A stretch of 64,000 nt of DNA. Origin: an uncultured Verrucomicrobiae bacterium (GTDB lineage: Bacteria > Verrucomicrobiota > Verrucomicrobiia > Chthoniobacterales > JAFAMB01). The DNA lies in NCBI GenBank assembly GCA_963813025.1, contig CAWEXO010000014.1, forward strand, positions 288,001-352,000, written 5' to 3'. This document shows, one piece after another, positions 9,231 through 19,766 of the stretch (positions are counted from its first letter, which is position 1; each line of letters begins with the position of its first letter). The translations under genes and the position numbers were made by a program. The notes beneath the pieces are model-generated. The model was not told the DNA's origin and did no database searches. It saw only the letters and a program-made list of their open reading frames with translations.

Positions 9231-10847
9231 TCAGCGCGTTGCCGGAGTGCGAACCACGTACGAGCGGCTGATCTTGTCGTGCCAAGCCTGTTTCTGGGGA
9301 TCGAACAAGATCCAGATGAAACCAAGGCCGAGCGGCAGAAAAGAAATCAGACTGGCTAATGCTCGGAGAGCCGAGGTGCCGGTATCACGAGTGAGCAAGC
9401 CGCCGTCATGCCGGCGGACTTCCAGGCCCAGGATAATTTCGCCTAAGGTGGCACTTCGCCATACGTACATCCCGAAACGGTACAATGCCCAGAGGATGAG
9501 CGTATAACGATTCAGGTGGACTGTGTTGAGAACGGTGTAGAGTAGAACGATATCAATGATATTGGCCAGTAACCGAGGCCAAAATTCAGCCGGGATTTCC
9601 GCCGGCGTCACCGAAGCAGCTGGCGAGGCGCCAACTGGCGGGGCCACCGGCAAGGCGAGAGATCCGGGCTGCGGCTCGCCTTGATGCGCCGAAGGTGAGG
9701 TCGTCGGAACGCCTTTTGGGCGGGTACGCTCCACCAAATAAATGGTAAACGCGCCCAGGCCGAGAAGGAACACGGCGGTGCTGGCGAGAAAACCAATGAC
9801 AGGGATGGTATAGAGAACCCAGCAAATAATAGCTCCCAGGCAGATCCAGACCAGAGGCGCGTAGTCAGGTCGCTGGAGATCAGGCTGCACTGCCGACAAG
9901 TGACCCGACGGGGTTGGGGGTGGCGTAGCAGTGGTGACAGGCTGCGTTCCTGGTGCCTCGACACTCCCTCGGCCAAGATGGGGTGCCATCTTTTTTCCGA
10001 TGACCTGAAACAGCGCGGTGTTGCCTATTGCCGAAAAGACTAAAACCGCACCAAGCACCAGAGGAATCGCGAGAATTCCGATCAAGGTCAGGAGAAGAAG
10101 AAAACAGAGAAAGGCGGCGGCGGGCACAATCGCGATCCCGGCTAAAACCGCGGCGGGCGCGCGTTCCTGAATGATCTGGCCGGTCTCCGCGACCGGTCGC
10201 GGAAGAAAAAAACCAACCGCGATACAGGAAGCAAAACTGACCAGGCAGAAAAACCAGGAAATGCCGGAAGTTAGAGACATGGGCCGAAGAAGAAGGACGG
10301 TATGAGCGAACCAGTGATGAATACCTTGCAGCATACCCGGTGAAAGGAAGTCCATCTGCATCTGGTCGCCACTGACGTGAATGCTCTCGTCTTTCCGGCC
10401 CGAGGACAGAAACGTCACGTAGTCTCCGTTGATCGTTGCGCCGGTTTCGAGGTTCACCTTTGACGCGACGCTCACGAAATCCCCGTTTATGGTTCCCCGG
10501 ATCGTGGCACTGGACCCGACCAAGACCACGTCGCCATTGACGTTGCCAGCGATCTCGGCCTGAGCCCCGATCAGCACCAGGTCACTGTTCTGAGCTTCGC
10601 CTTCTTCCAGCTTATAGTTGTGTCCGATAATTACCTGTTGGTGGTTCGAAGCGTCAGAGCGGTGAGACTTCGCTCGAGTGACGACCGCGCCGATCCAACT
10701 GGCCTGATCGTTCCAGCGATCAACGCTGACTGTGCCCAGGGTACTCGGTACGGAATGGGAGCGGCTTTCGATCGAAAACCCGCTCGTGGCGAGCGCGTTG
10801 CCGCAGAGCAATAGAATACCCAGCCCTGAGAAAAGACGGCGCTTCAT
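9231..10847 (-). CDS. membrane protein with N-terminal polymer-forming/beta-helix repeats and C-terminal RDD domain
   Basis: Signal peptide, GNVNGDVVLVG/TINGDFV repeats, multiple TM segments, FWPRLLANIID...QAWHDKISRSYVV RDD motif. Confidence 0.8.
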   Translation of the reverse strand: MKRRLFSGLGILLLCGNALATSGFSIESRSHSVPSTLGTVSVDRWNDQASWIGAVVTRAKSHRSDASNHQQVIIGHNYKLEEGEAQNSDLVLIGAQAEIAGNVNGDVVLVGSSATIRGTINGDFVSVASKVNLETGATINGDYVTFLSSGRKDESIHVSGDQMQMDFLSPGMLQGIHHWFAHTVLLLRPMSLTSGISWFFCLVSFASCIAVGFFLPRPVAETGQIIQERAPAAVLAGIAIVPAAAFLCFLLLLTLIGILAIPLVLGAVLVFSAIGNTALFQVIGKKMAPHLGRGSVEAPGTQPVTTATPPPTPSGHLSAVQPDLQRPDYAPLVWICLGAIICWVLYTIPVIGFLASTAVFLLGLGAFTIYLVERTRPKGVPTTSPSAHQGEPQPGSLALPVAPPVGASPAASVTPAEIPAEFWPRLLANIIDIVLLYTVLNTVHLNRYTLILWALYRFGMYVWRSATLGEIILGLEVRRHDGGLLTRDTGTSALRALASLISFLPLGLGFIWILFDPQKQAWHDKISRSYVVRTPATR

Positions 10848-11260
10848 CGGACGGTCGACAGCCGTTGAACGGCTTTGGCAGCCGCGATGCAGAGAAGATA
10901 ACTCGATAAAAACAGAATCCCGAGCAACACCAGCAACGGGATGGAGCCGATCCTGCTCTGAATTACCATCGTCTGGAAAGACTCAAGGACAACCGCGGCG
11001 CCGCGGATCGCGGGTGAGCCTTGAAACAGAGCTCCGGCGAAACTATTGGTCAGAAGGCTCACCACGAGAACAATCAGAGCCAGACCAATCGCGAGAGCGG
11101 GAGCCAGCTCGGAGCGGCGATCAAAAATTCGCAAAAACCAAGGTCGTCCGGCGCGGGCGCGCACTTCCGCCATTACTTTCGGCAGAAGCGTTTCCGGAGC
11201 CTCGAGCTCGTCCAGAGACTTCAGCTCCGCGTCCAGCCAATCGTGTTCCTGGTCATTCAT
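10844..11260 (-). CDS. putative membrane anti-sigma factor
   Basis: ATG overlaps the sigma stop; LDAELKSL..EAPETLLPKVMAEV followed by two TM helices; its stop overlaps the RDD start. Confidence 0.7.
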   Translation of the reverse strand: MNDQEHDWLDAELKSLDELEAPETLLPKVMAEVRARAGRPWFLRIFDRRSELAPALAIGLALIVLVVSLLTNSFAGALFQGSPAIRGAAVVLESFQTMVIQSRIGSIPLLVLLGILFLSSYLLCIAAAKAVQRLSTVR

Positions 11261-11744
11261 CGGTTTTTTGTAGGATCGTTCGCAGAGCCTCGCGTCCCCG
11301 ATGAATATCGGTCTTAATTTTGGCCAGCGAAACGCTGAGTTTTGCGGCAATTTCCTCGTAGCTCATCTCTTCGAAGTGAAAGAGCACGAGGGGGACCCGC
11401 TGCGCATCCGGCAATTGGCGGAGCGCCAGTTCGAGGCGTTCTTTCCGTTCCAGTGAAGACTCGGGAGAGGGGATTTCCGGAGTTTGTTCCTGCTCGGAGA
11501 AAAAACGCCAACGGGCTCGGTACCGATTGAGGTGGTTAATTGCCAGATTGGTCGCCACGGTTTTGAGCCAGCCGCCGATTCGGCTGCTCTGCTGCAGTTC
11601 AGAAAATCGATCGAACGCTTTGATGAACACCTCTTGAGTGATGTCCTCCGCGTCAGCAGAATTTCCGAGGATGCGGGTCGCGACGGAGAAAACCATATTC
11701 TGGTAGTTTCGAACAAAGATCTCGAACTCCTGAACTTCGGGCAT
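11253..11744 (-). CDS. ECF RNA polymerase sigma factor
   Basis: DAEDITQEVF, WLKTVATNLAIN (region 2); MSYEEIAAKL..KIKTDIHRGR (region 4); start taken at MPEVQ. Confidence 0.92.
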   Translation of the reverse strand: MPEVQEFEIFVRNYQNMVFSVATRILGNSADAEDITQEVFIKAFDRFSELQQSSRIGGWLKTVATNLAINHLNRYRARWRFFSEQEQTPEIPSPESSLERKERLELALRQLPDAQRVPLVLFHFEEMSYEEIAAKLSVSLAKIKTDIHRGREALRTILQKTDE

Positions 11745-11836
11745 GCTCGCGGACAGTCCGCGGGAAGCGTATTCAGGGAGCGCAAAGAACTGCAGCGCCG
11801 CGGTGGTACCCATCTTGGCAGGAGTTTGCGGACCAA

Positions 11837-12028
11837 TCAAACGCGAAGCAAAGACAACTGATAGACACAGATCATCGTGGCGAGCAACCCCCAGAAGCCC
11901 AGCCACACGACAGCGGCTTCTTCCAGCGCTTCCGAGTAATCGCCGGCTGCCGCCCGGATCCAATTAGCTGAACTGACCGTGACCATTTGCTGTTTGCCGG
12001 GTCGAAACTGAACAATCTTGTTTTCCAT
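11837..12028 (-). CDS. possible small membrane protein (63 aa)
   Basis: ATG at 12028, C-terminal hydrophobic helix, upstream of the ECF operon; no recognisable family. Confidence 0.35.
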   Translation of the reverse strand: MENKIVQFRPGKQQMVTVSSANWIRAAAGDYSEALEEAAVVWLGFWGLLATMICVYQLSLLRV

Positions 12029-12238
12029 AAGCAATAACTGATTCCATGAGCAGGACACGGCAAAGGGGTGGAAAGTTGCAAAAGATGGAAAGGTGCGAGT
12101 CCCGAGTCCCGATCGCCCGATTATCCCAAGGCCGACAAAACCTGTACCCGCTACCCGGGACTCGTTACTAATAAAGGTCCTGTATCCGTGGGGTGAAACT
12201 GCAGAGAATGCCTCGCTCCGCGGCCTCGGCTGAGGTCC

Positions 12239-12360
12239 GGTAGGGAGAGAATTTATCTGAGCCTTCGGCGAAGACTCGTTCGAGCCGGGCGCTGGAGCGG
12301 CCACGCCTAAGACGGCTCAAACAAGTTCTCGCTAAGGCTCGAATAAATTTTCGCCCTACC
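12239..12360. repeat. inverted pair of GGTAGGG-headed REPs (family C)
   Basis: GGTAGGGAGAGAATTTAT ... GAATAAATTTTCGCCCTACC; related copy at 24978-24993. Confidence 0.7.
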
Positions 12361-12473
12361 GTAACAGGGCAAGAGACACGTTCCCAGAAAAGCTCTTTCT
12401 CGCCAAACCAACTAGGTCTGCGCGGATGGATGTGGGTTGCGGAAGGGGAACCTCGCGTTACGATCAAAGAGCA

Positions 12474-13586
12474 ATGCAGGAATCAGAAAACGTGCTTTCG
12501 CGGGCGAATCCATGGTTGAAAGACCTGGTTAGTTATATCTCGGGCAAACCGATCGAAGACGTCGCGCGCGAGCTCGGACTGGCGCCGGAACAAATCATCA
12601 AACTTGCCTCCAATGAGAATCCGCTAGGCCCGTCGGAGAAGGCCCTGGATGCTATTCGAGCGGCAGGTACGCGGCTGAATTTTTATCCGGACGGCGGCGG
12701 TTTTCATCTGCGGTCGGAAATTGCCCGGAGATTTCAGCTGACGCTGGGCCATATTATCCTGGGAAACGGTTCCAACGAGATCATCGAATTTCTGGGACAC
12801 GCTTTTCTCCAGCCGGGAGACGAAGTGCTCACCGCCGAGTACGCCTTCGTTGTCTACAAATTAATGGCGCAATTGTTCGGAGCGGAAGCAACGGCCGTGC
12901 CGGATCGTTCGTTTACCTGCGATGTGCAGGCCATGGCAGCGGCGGTGACACCAAGAACCAAGCTTATTTACCTGGCAAACCCGAATAATCCAACCGGGAC
13001 TATGGTGGCCGAAGCGGGGTTAGATTGGTTAGTGGCCAACGTCAGGTCCGACGTGGTGATTGTGTTGGACGAGGCTTATTACGAATTTCTGGAGCAACCT
13101 CCGAACACTCTGAAGTACGTGCGGGAACAGCCAAACGTCATCTTGTTACGGACTTTCTCGAAGATTCAAGGTCTGGCCGGACTGCGGATTGGCTATGGCC
13201 TGGCCAATCCTACGTTGGTCGAGCTTCTGCAAAAGACACGGCAACCTTTTAACACGAACTCGCTGGCCCAGGCCGCCGCATTAGCCAGTCTGGAAGACGA
13301 AGGACACGCGGAGCGTACCCGCCAAATTGTTCATACCGGTCGAGCGTTTTTGCAGAAAGAACTAGGTGAGCGCGGGATAGAGTTCGTGCCAAGTTCGGCG
13401 AACTTTATCTTAGTAAAGGTCGGAAAAGGCAAAGACATCTTCGAAAAGCTGCTCCGGCGCGGAATGATTATTCGAGCAATGGATGAATATCGGCTGCCGG
13501 ATTGGATTCGGGTCAGTGTGGGCACGGAAGAACAGAACCGGCGATTTTTGGAAGACTTCGATGCGGTGAGAGCGCCTACGAAGTGA
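12474..13586 (+). CDS. hisC: histidinol-phosphate aminotransferase
   Basis: KLASNENPLG, GNGSNE, NPNNPTG, DEAY, RTFSK..GLAGLRIGY. Confidence 0.95.
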   Translation: MQESENVLSRANPWLKDLVSYISGKPIEDVARELGLAPEQIIKLASNENPLGPSEKALDAIRAAGTRLNFYPDGGGFHLRSEIARRFQLTLGHIILGNGSNEIIEFLGHAFLQPGDEVLTAEYAFVVYKLMAQLFGAEATAVPDRSFTCDVQAMAAAVTPRTKLIYLANPNNPTGTMVAEAGLDWLVANVRSDVVIVLDEAYYEFLEQPPNTLKYVREQPNVILLRTFSKIQGLAGLRIGYGLANPTLVELLQKTRQPFNTNSLAQAAALASLEDEGHAERTRQIVHTGRAFLQKELGERGIEFVPSSANFILVKVGKGKDIFEKLLRRGMIIRAMDEYRLPDWIRVSVGTEEQNRRFLEDFDAVRAPTK

Positions 13587-14950
13587 AATTGGAACCAGAG
13601 ATTGGGAGGATAATCTCTTCCTCCCTCCCTGACACCATCGCCGCAATTGCCACCCCGCTGGGCGAGGGTGCGATCGCCGTTATTCGAGTAGCGGGACCGG
13701 GGTCGTTCCAGGTCGTTGGGAAGGTCTTTCGACCGCGCCAGAGCAATCAGCAGCCGCGACCGCGCCGAGTTTATTTAGGCGAACTGCACGACGAAAAAGG
13801 TAAACTCGACGAGGTGTTAGTAACGTACTATCGGGCGCCGCAGAGTTATACCGGCGACGATTTGGTGGAGGTGAGTAGTCACGGCGGCATTCTTGTCGTG
13901 CGGAAAATCTTGCAGACCTTACTCCGGCACGGAAGCCGCATGGCCGAGCCGGGCGAATTTACCAAGCGTGCCTTTCTAAACGGTCGAATGGACTTGACGC
14001 AGGCGGAGGCGGTGATGGACGTGATCCGGGCGCAAACCGAACTCGCTCTCCGCGCGGCGAACGAACAATTGGCCGGTGCACTGGGAGAAGAACTGGCGCG
14101 CCAGCGAGATAGTCTCCTGACGGTGCTGGCCCACGTCGAGGCCTATATTGATTTTCCGGATGAGGAAATCGATCCAGCGACGGGGCGGGCGCTCGAGCGG
14201 CGCTGCGTGACGATCGAACAGGCGTTCAGCCGCTTGCTGGCGACGGCGGAGCAAGGGAGGATCCTGCGGCACGGTCTTCGCACGGTGATCTACGGTCTGC
14301 CAAACGTGGGTAAATCGAGTCTCCTGAACCTCCTTCTCGGTTATGAGCGCGCTATTGTCAGCGAAATTCCCGGCACGACCCGCGACACGATTGAAGAAAC
14401 AATCAATGTGCTGGGTCTGCCGGTGCGTTTGATCGACACGGCCGGTATGCGGAACACGAAGGACGACCTCGAACGGGAGGGAATGCGACGTACGGAGGCG
14501 CAGCTGGAACAAGCTGATCTTGTTCTCTGGATGGTCGATGGAAGCGCGGCCCCCGAGATCGGAGTCCCGCCGCCGAATGCGATTGTGCTCTTGAACAAAT
14601 CTGATCTCGGTGTGCACCCGGACTGGACAGGCCGCCCAGGTATTCGGTTTTCCTGTAAAAACCGGTCCGGGTTGGGCGAACTGAGCCAGGCGATTTGGGA
14701 CAAGGTGATGGGAGGAGAAGTCAGCTTTCAAGACGTGCATATCGCGATCAGCGCCCGGCATCAAAGTCATCTGGAGAGAGCGGCCGCGCGTCTGGCGAAC
14801 GCCCGGCAAAATCTGTCCGCCGGTCTGAGCCCGGAGTTCATTGCGATTGAACTGCGGGAAGCACTCGATGCGCTCGGAGAAATTCTGGGCCGGTTAGATA
14901 CAGAAGATCTTCTGGGACGAATCTTCAGTGAGTTTTGTATTGGAAAATAA
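13583..14950 (+). CDS. mnmE: tRNA modification GTPase MnmE
   Basis: DTIAAIATP, GEFTKRAFLNG, GLPNVGKSS, DTAG, NKSD, C-terminal FCIGK; GTG start overlapping the hisC stop assumed. Confidence 0.96.
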   Translation: MKLEPEIGRIISSSLPDTIAAIATPLGEGAIAVIRVAGPGSFQVVGKVFRPRQSNQQPRPRRVYLGELHDEKGKLDEVLVTYYRAPQSYTGDDLVEVSSHGGILVVRKILQTLLRHGSRMAEPGEFTKRAFLNGRMDLTQAEAVMDVIRAQTELALRAANEQLAGALGEELARQRDSLLTVLAHVEAYIDFPDEEIDPATGRALERRCVTIEQAFSRLLATAEQGRILRHGLRTVIYGLPNVGKSSLLNLLLGYERAIVSEIPGTTRDTIEETINVLGLPVRLIDTAGMRNTKDDLEREGMRRTEAQLEQADLVLWMVDGSAAPEIGVPPPNAIVLLNKSDLGVHPDWTGRPGIRFSCKNRSGLGELSQAIWDKVMGGEVSFQDVHIAISARHQSHLERAAARLANARQNLSAGLSPEFIAIELREALDALGEILGRLDTEDLLGRIFSEFCIGK

Positions 14951-14971
14951 CAGAATGGCGAAGAGGTAAAA

Positions 14972-15140
14972 AACCACAGATTCACAGATTTGAGGACGGT
15001 TTTATGGGACAAAGCGTGCCCACACCCAATCGCAAGCGTTGCCCGGATCTCTGTACATATATAACAAGCTGGAAAAGGAGATGTTAATCTACCAAATCTT
15101 TTGACGGTTTAATCTGTGCTAATCGGTGGAATCTGTGGTT
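14972..15140. repeat. inverted short repeats (ACCACAGATT / AATCTGTGGTT)
   Basis: aaccacagattcacagattt ... aatctgtgctaatcggtggaatctgtggtt. Confidence 0.6.
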
Positions 15141-16148
15141 CGAATCTCCTCTTCCTTCTATGAACGCCTGATCCGCCCAGTTCTATTCTCGCTTGATCCG
15201 GAAACAGCTCACCGCTGGACGCTTGGGTGTTTGCGGCTGGTCTCTAGCTTAATCGGTGGTCACGCTGGCCGCTGTTTCTCCGGCCGGGGAGGAGTTGAGC
15301 TTTTCGGGCTTCAGTTTCCTAACCGAGTGGGGTTAGCCGCTGGATTTGACAAGAATGGCGTTGCACTACCGGCCTGGGCTGCGCTGGGATTCGGATTTGT
15401 TGAAGTGGGAACGATCACGGCGTGTGCGCAACCAGGAAATCCGCGTCCGCGGATCTTCCGCGTACCGGAGCAGGAAGCGCTGATCAATCGTTTGGGCTTT
15501 AACAACGAGGGTGTGGAGAAAGTGGCGAGGCGTCTGGAAATGCTTCGCCGCAGCAATCGCTGGCCCGGCATACCCATCGGCCTCAATCTAGGCAAAAGCA
15601 GAATCACGCCCCTGGAAAACGCGGTTGAGGATTATCTCGTCTCGTTTCGCCGGACGCGCGATCTCGGCGACTACTTCGTCCTAAATGTTAGTTCTCCCAA
15701 TACTCCCGGACTAAGACAGTTGCAAAATTATGAGATGTTGAACATGTTGCTGACCGCCATACGAGCGGAAGCGCAGGGTAAACCGGTGCTGCTGAAGATC
15801 GCGCCTGACCTGAAGGAAGCGGAGCTGGATGGGATACTTGAGCTGACAGAGCAACACCGATTGGCCGGCCTGATTGCCACCAACACAACGGTTGAACAGG
15901 AGAGTTTGGCAGAGCATCGGCGCGTGGAAGGCGGCCTGAGTGGTGCTCCTTTGCGAGAACGAGCAATGGCGACGTTGCGCTATCTTCGCCCGCGAACCGA
16001 GCGCCCGTTGATAGCGGTAGGTGGAATCATGTCCGAGGCGGATGCACGAGCGCGCTTCGATGCTGGCGCCAACCTTGTCCAGATTTACACGGGATTGATT
16101 TATCGCGGTCCGGCTTTGATCAGGGCGATTGCCGGGGCCGTAGGATAA
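15126..16148 (+). CDS. pyrD: quinone-dependent dihydroorotate dehydrogenase (class 2)
   Basis: GLAAGFDK, INRLGFNN, NVSSPNTPGLR, KIAPD, GGLSG, QIYTGLIYRGP. Confidence 0.96.
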   Translation: MESVVRISSSFYERLIRPVLFSLDPETAHRWTLGCLRLVSSLIGGHAGRCFSGRGGVELFGLQFPNRVGLAAGFDKNGVALPAWAALGFGFVEVGTITACAQPGNPRPRIFRVPEQEALINRLGFNNEGVEKVARRLEMLRRSNRWPGIPIGLNLGKSRITPLENAVEDYLVSFRRTRDLGDYFVLNVSSPNTPGLRQLQNYEMLNMLLTAIRAEAQGKPVLLKIAPDLKEAELDGILELTEQHRLAGLIATNTTVEQESLAEHRRVEGGLSGAPLRERAMATLRYLRPRTERPLIAVGGIMSEADARARFDAGANLVQIYTGLIYRGPALIRAIAGAVG

Positions 16149-16214
16149 AGTTTCCAGCTTGTCGCCACTAAACCGGGCGCATGAGCGCACGGCAGAAACG
16201 GGCAAGGAGCGTCC

Positions 16215-16243
16215 TGGAGTGCGGCGACTTGTCGCCGCTTTAG
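16215..16243 (+). repeat. GGAG-headed REP (family D)
   Basis: TGGAGTGCGGCGACTTGTCGCCGCTTTAG with a perfect GCGGCGAC/GTCGCCGC stem. Confidence 0.75.
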
Positions 16244-16372
16244 GAGTCGCGCGGAGCACAGGTAACGCGCACGGCCTCGCGTTACCTCCCGATACGGACG
16301 AGGCCGAACGTGTCGGATCTTGGGGAGATTTGAGTCGCTCCTTCAGAGCTGGGTCATTTTTTTTGCACGTTT

Positions 16373-16468
16373 CCTAAGGCTGCGCCCAAGGCTCTCTTGA
16401 ACCGCACCTTCGGCGCCCTGGCCGCGCCGAAAGCGCCGGGTCAGGATAGCCCGGGGTGTGCAGCCCAA
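16373..16468. repeat. degenerate inverted repeat pair (…GGCT…CCTTCGGCGC / GCGCCGAAAG…AGCCC)
   Basis: 16374-16415 resembles the reverse complement of 16424-16468. Confidence 0.5.
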
Positions 16469-16549
16469 TTATTTAAGCCGCTGACCGCCTCCGGACACTG
16501 CCGCTGAGAACAGACAGCGGCTCAAATTTATGAGGACCTTGGGCGCGGG

Positions 16550-16891
16550 TTAACGGCGCCGAAAATCCCGATCCCGCCCGCGACGCGTGTCTTTCTGACC
16601 GCCGCTGCGGGGTTCTCCGGGAAAGAAACGGTCTTGCCGCGCCTCCGGTGGGCGCGCCTCGTTGACCGTCAATGGACGATTATCGAGCGAGTACCCATTA
16701 AACTTCGAGATAGCTTCATTCGCGTGGTCCGAGGATTCCATTGTGACGAATCCGAAACCCCGGGACTTTCCAGTGAACTTGTCCTGAATAATCTTCACAT
16801 CGACGACGTTGCCGACCTGCCCGAAAAGATCCTGCAGATCCAGCTCTGTTGTCGCGAAAGACAAATTACCTACATACAATTTAACCGACAT
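16550..16891 (-). CDS. RRM (RNP-1) RNA-binding protein
   Basis: RNP2 LYVGNL, RNP1 RGFGFVTM, LTVNEARP, Arg/Gly-rich tail. Confidence 0.95.
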   Translation of the reverse strand: MSVKLYVGNLSFATTELDLQDLFGQVGNVVDVKIIQDKFTGKSRGFGFVTMESSDHANEAISKFNGYSLDNRPLTVNEARPPEARQDRFFPGEPRSGGQKDTRRGRDRDFRRR

Positions 16892-17125
16892 AGCATTCTT
16901 CCATGGGACGCCTCATCGAGCAGGCCGGTCCTTAATGGACGTTCTTGCCAATGAGCCAAACTCCTGGCAATCACCCGGAACGAGAAGTAGTCTCGGATGG
17001 GTACGTCAGGTGTCTGAGGCTTTCAAGCGGGTTTTTGAAACGATCAGGTGACGGGGGAGGGCAGAGGTGTCGCAGGAGTCCAGGATTTGTCGACGTACGT
17101 GTGGACTCGGGACCCGCCCTCGGGA

Positions 17126-17554
17126 CTAACCAACAGCCGCAGTGGCGCGGCCCCACACAAAACTCACCGGGACGGCGATGTCCGGATGAAGGCTCTTGTG
17201 GACCGGACAAGTGAGCGCTGCGTGTTCGAGCGCAGCCCGTTTGGGATGATCCTCAGCAAGTGGTACGGCGATTTCGACCGACAGTTTGCCGATCCGGCGG
17301 ACTGGCTGCTGAGTCATCTCTTTCTTCACCGTGGCCCGAGTGCCGGCGATCGTGATCTCGTTGCGGCGCGCGTAGATATCCATCACGGTCAACATGCAAG
17401 TACCCAGCGCGGTTGCCACCAGATCGGTCGGAGAAAATCTTTCTCCTTTACCGCAGTTATCAACCGGGGCGTCCGTTTCCAGAGTTGTCCCAGAGGGACC
17501 ATGCTTGGCGAAGGTGTGCAGACCACCCTCGGCGCGGATAATAATCTCAACCAT
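17126..17554 (-). CDS. OsmC family protein
   Basis: TDAPVDN.GKG..FSPTDL.ATALGTC and TCPVHKSL. Confidence 0.92.
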   Translation of the reverse strand: MVEIIIRAEGGLHTFAKHGPSGTTLETDAPVDNCGKGERFSPTDLVATALGTCMLTVMDIYARRNEITIAGTRATVKKEMTQQPVRRIGKLSVEIAVPLAEDHPKRAALEHAALTCPVHKSLHPDIAVPVSFVWGRATAAVG

Positions 17555-17616
17555 AGTAGTCAGGAGTCAGGAGTAATGAACCATCGGTCATCGTTCTTTG
17601 GTCATTGGTGATCGGC

Positions 17617-18471
17617 CTACATCGGCAGGTGGAAGAAATCGCAAGCATTGCGGGTCGTCTTTTCGGCGAATTCGTCAAACGGCAGACCGCGCTGTTTCGC
17701 AATCGTTTCCCCGACCTGCCGAACAAATGCCGGCTCGCAGCGCTGCCCACGAAACGGGACCGGAGCAAGGAATGGACAGTCGGTCTCGATCATCACTCGA
17801 TCGATCGGGATATTCTCGGCAATTCCCCTGGTTTCGGCCGCGTTCTTGAAGGTAATCAACCCGGTAAAGGAAATCATGTGGCCCAGGCGAATGACTTCCT
17901 GAGCCTGGGCCAGGCTGGAATTGAAACAGTGGAACACGCCGCGCACAGTGCTGTTCCGCAGAATGTCCAACGTATCCATCCAGGCGTCTCGCTGGTGGAT
18001 AATTACGTTTTTATCAAGTTCAGCAGCCAATTCGAGATGTTGCTCGAAGGCGGCAGCTTGAGCAGCCTTCACCGCTTCGTCTTCGATCTCGAGTTGCAGA
18101 GAGGAACCGGTGGTTGATCCCAAGGTTGTTTCGACAACGTCTTCTTTCTGGTTCCGGCTCGGCAGATAGTGATAATCGAGCCCCGTCTCGCCGATTGCCA
18201 CGACCCGTGGGTGCTTGGCCAGATCCCGGAGCTGACTTATAAAGTCTGTTTTCTGCTCGAAGGCGGAGTTGGGATGAATGCCGACTGCTGCGAAGACTTC
18301 GGGAAACTCTTCAGCCAGTTTGATCGCCTTCCCGCAGGACGGCAAATCTGTGCCAATGGTGATAATGCGATGAACGCCAGCAGCCCGGGCCCGCTGAATA
18401 ACTGCTGGAACATCGCCCGCAAACTCCGGGAAATCGAGGTGCGCGTGGGTGTCGATCAATGATAAGTTCAC
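17617..18471 (-). CDS. tatD: TatD family nuclease
   Basis: IDTHAH, GIHP, IGETGLDY, GVFHCF, ETDCPFLAP. Confidence 0.93.
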   Translation of the reverse strand: MNLSLIDTHAHLDFPEFAGDVPAVIQRARAAGVHRIITIGTDLPSCGKAIKLAEEFPEVFAAVGIHPNSAFEQKTDFISQLRDLAKHPRVVAIGETGLDYHYLPSRNQKEDVVETTLGSTTGSSLQLEIEDEAVKAAQAAAFEQHLELAAELDKNVIIHQRDAWMDTLDILRNSTVRGVFHCFNSSLAQAQEVIRLGHMISFTGLITFKNAAETRGIAENIPIDRVMIETDCPFLAPVPFRGQRCEPAFVRQVGETIAKQRGLPFDEFAEKTTRNACDFFHLPM

Positions 18472-18533
18472 GGTGGCGAGTTTTTAATAGCAGATCTTTG
18501 TCGAGAATAAAGGCCCTACCGCAGATGGCTCGC

Positions 18534-18643
18534 GTAGCGCGGACGGCCTCGTCCGTACTCTGGCGTGCACTCCTTGGCACCGAGCAACGCTCAATCTACC
18601 CGCGGTGTGCCGGTGGAAGTACGGACGAGGCCGTCCGCGCTAC
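18534..18643. repeat. inverted pair of GTAG REPs (family A)
   Basis: GTAGCGCGGACGGCCTCGTCCGTAC at 18534-18558; reverse complement at 18619-18643. Confidence 0.9.
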
Positions 18644-18742
18644 GTCGCAAGCCGCTCAAGCCGCGGCAAGTCATGCCGTGCCGCAGCCGAGCACAGCGAG
18701 AGCGAAGAAGGCCGCACCCACTCAATGCCCAACTCCATGCCT

Positions 18743-19766
18743 CTACCACTGGATAACGGAACTTGCCCAGGTCAGGCCGCCGCCAAAAACGATCAAGAGA
18801 ATGTAATCACCAATCTTAATGCGTCCGCTCCGATGCGCTTCATCGAGCGCCAGAGGACACGGCCGCGGCCGAAGTATTGCCGTATCGATCAAGGTTCACG
18901 TAGAACTTGTCCATAGGCAGATGCATGCGCTCGGCGATCGCTTCAATGATGCGCATGTTTGCCTGGTGAGGGATAACGCAAGCGATATCTTCATAGCTTA
19001 GCCCGGACTGCTCCAGCACGCGGTTTGCGGCATTAAACATCGAGATGACCGCTTGCTTGTAGACGTCGCGGCCCAAGCATTTTAATCGTGTTGAGTTGCT
19101 GGTCCACATTCTTGGCGGTGATCGGGTATCGGCTGCCGCCGCCGGGCATGAAGAGAATGTCGGTAAAAGATCCGTCGCTTCCCATATAGGTCGAGATGAC
19201 CCCATGGGAGTCAGGCCGGTTGCGCAGAATAGCTGCTCCGGCGCCGTCTCCAAAGAGCACACAGGTATTGCGATCGGTCCAGTCAGCGATCGCACTCAGC
19301 TTATCTGCGCCGATGATGAGCACTGTGTTGTACACGTGCGTCGAAATGAATTGTTGAGCGATTTCCAGCGAGTAGAGAAAGCCGGAACAAGCGGCGGAAA
19401 CGTCAAAGCAAGCGGCATTGATGGCGCCAATGCTGCTTCTGGACCCAGCAGGCAGTGGCCGGAAACAAGGTGTCTGGGGTTACCGTGGCGACAATGATCA
19501 GATCGATCTCCTCGGGAGCTGACTTCGGCCTGTTGCATCGCGGCCAGCGCCGCTTTGGTGGCCATGTCGCTGGTCGACTCGTTTTCCGCCGCGATCCTTC
19601 TTTCCCGGATGCCGGTCCTGGTGCGAATCCATTCGTCGGTGGTGTCCACCAGAGCTTCGAGATCCCGGTTGGTAAGAATATGTTCCGGAAGATAGCTCCC
19701 GGTAGCAACGATCGAAACGGAGCTGCTCGGTTTACTGGACCGGCGCGGGGGCGGCGAACTTCTCAT
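18743..19766 (-). CDS. fabH: 3-oxoacyl-ACP synthase III, frameshifted in this sequence (likely read errors)
   Basis: Fragments [64 protein letters not shown] in shifting frames. Confidence 0.88.

Noticed and set aside
13976..14809. Long antisense ORFs (also 2952-3620, 27881-28612, 37089-37799, 48005-48748)
   Set aside because: These are shadow ORFs opposite well-supported genes, expected at this GC content.
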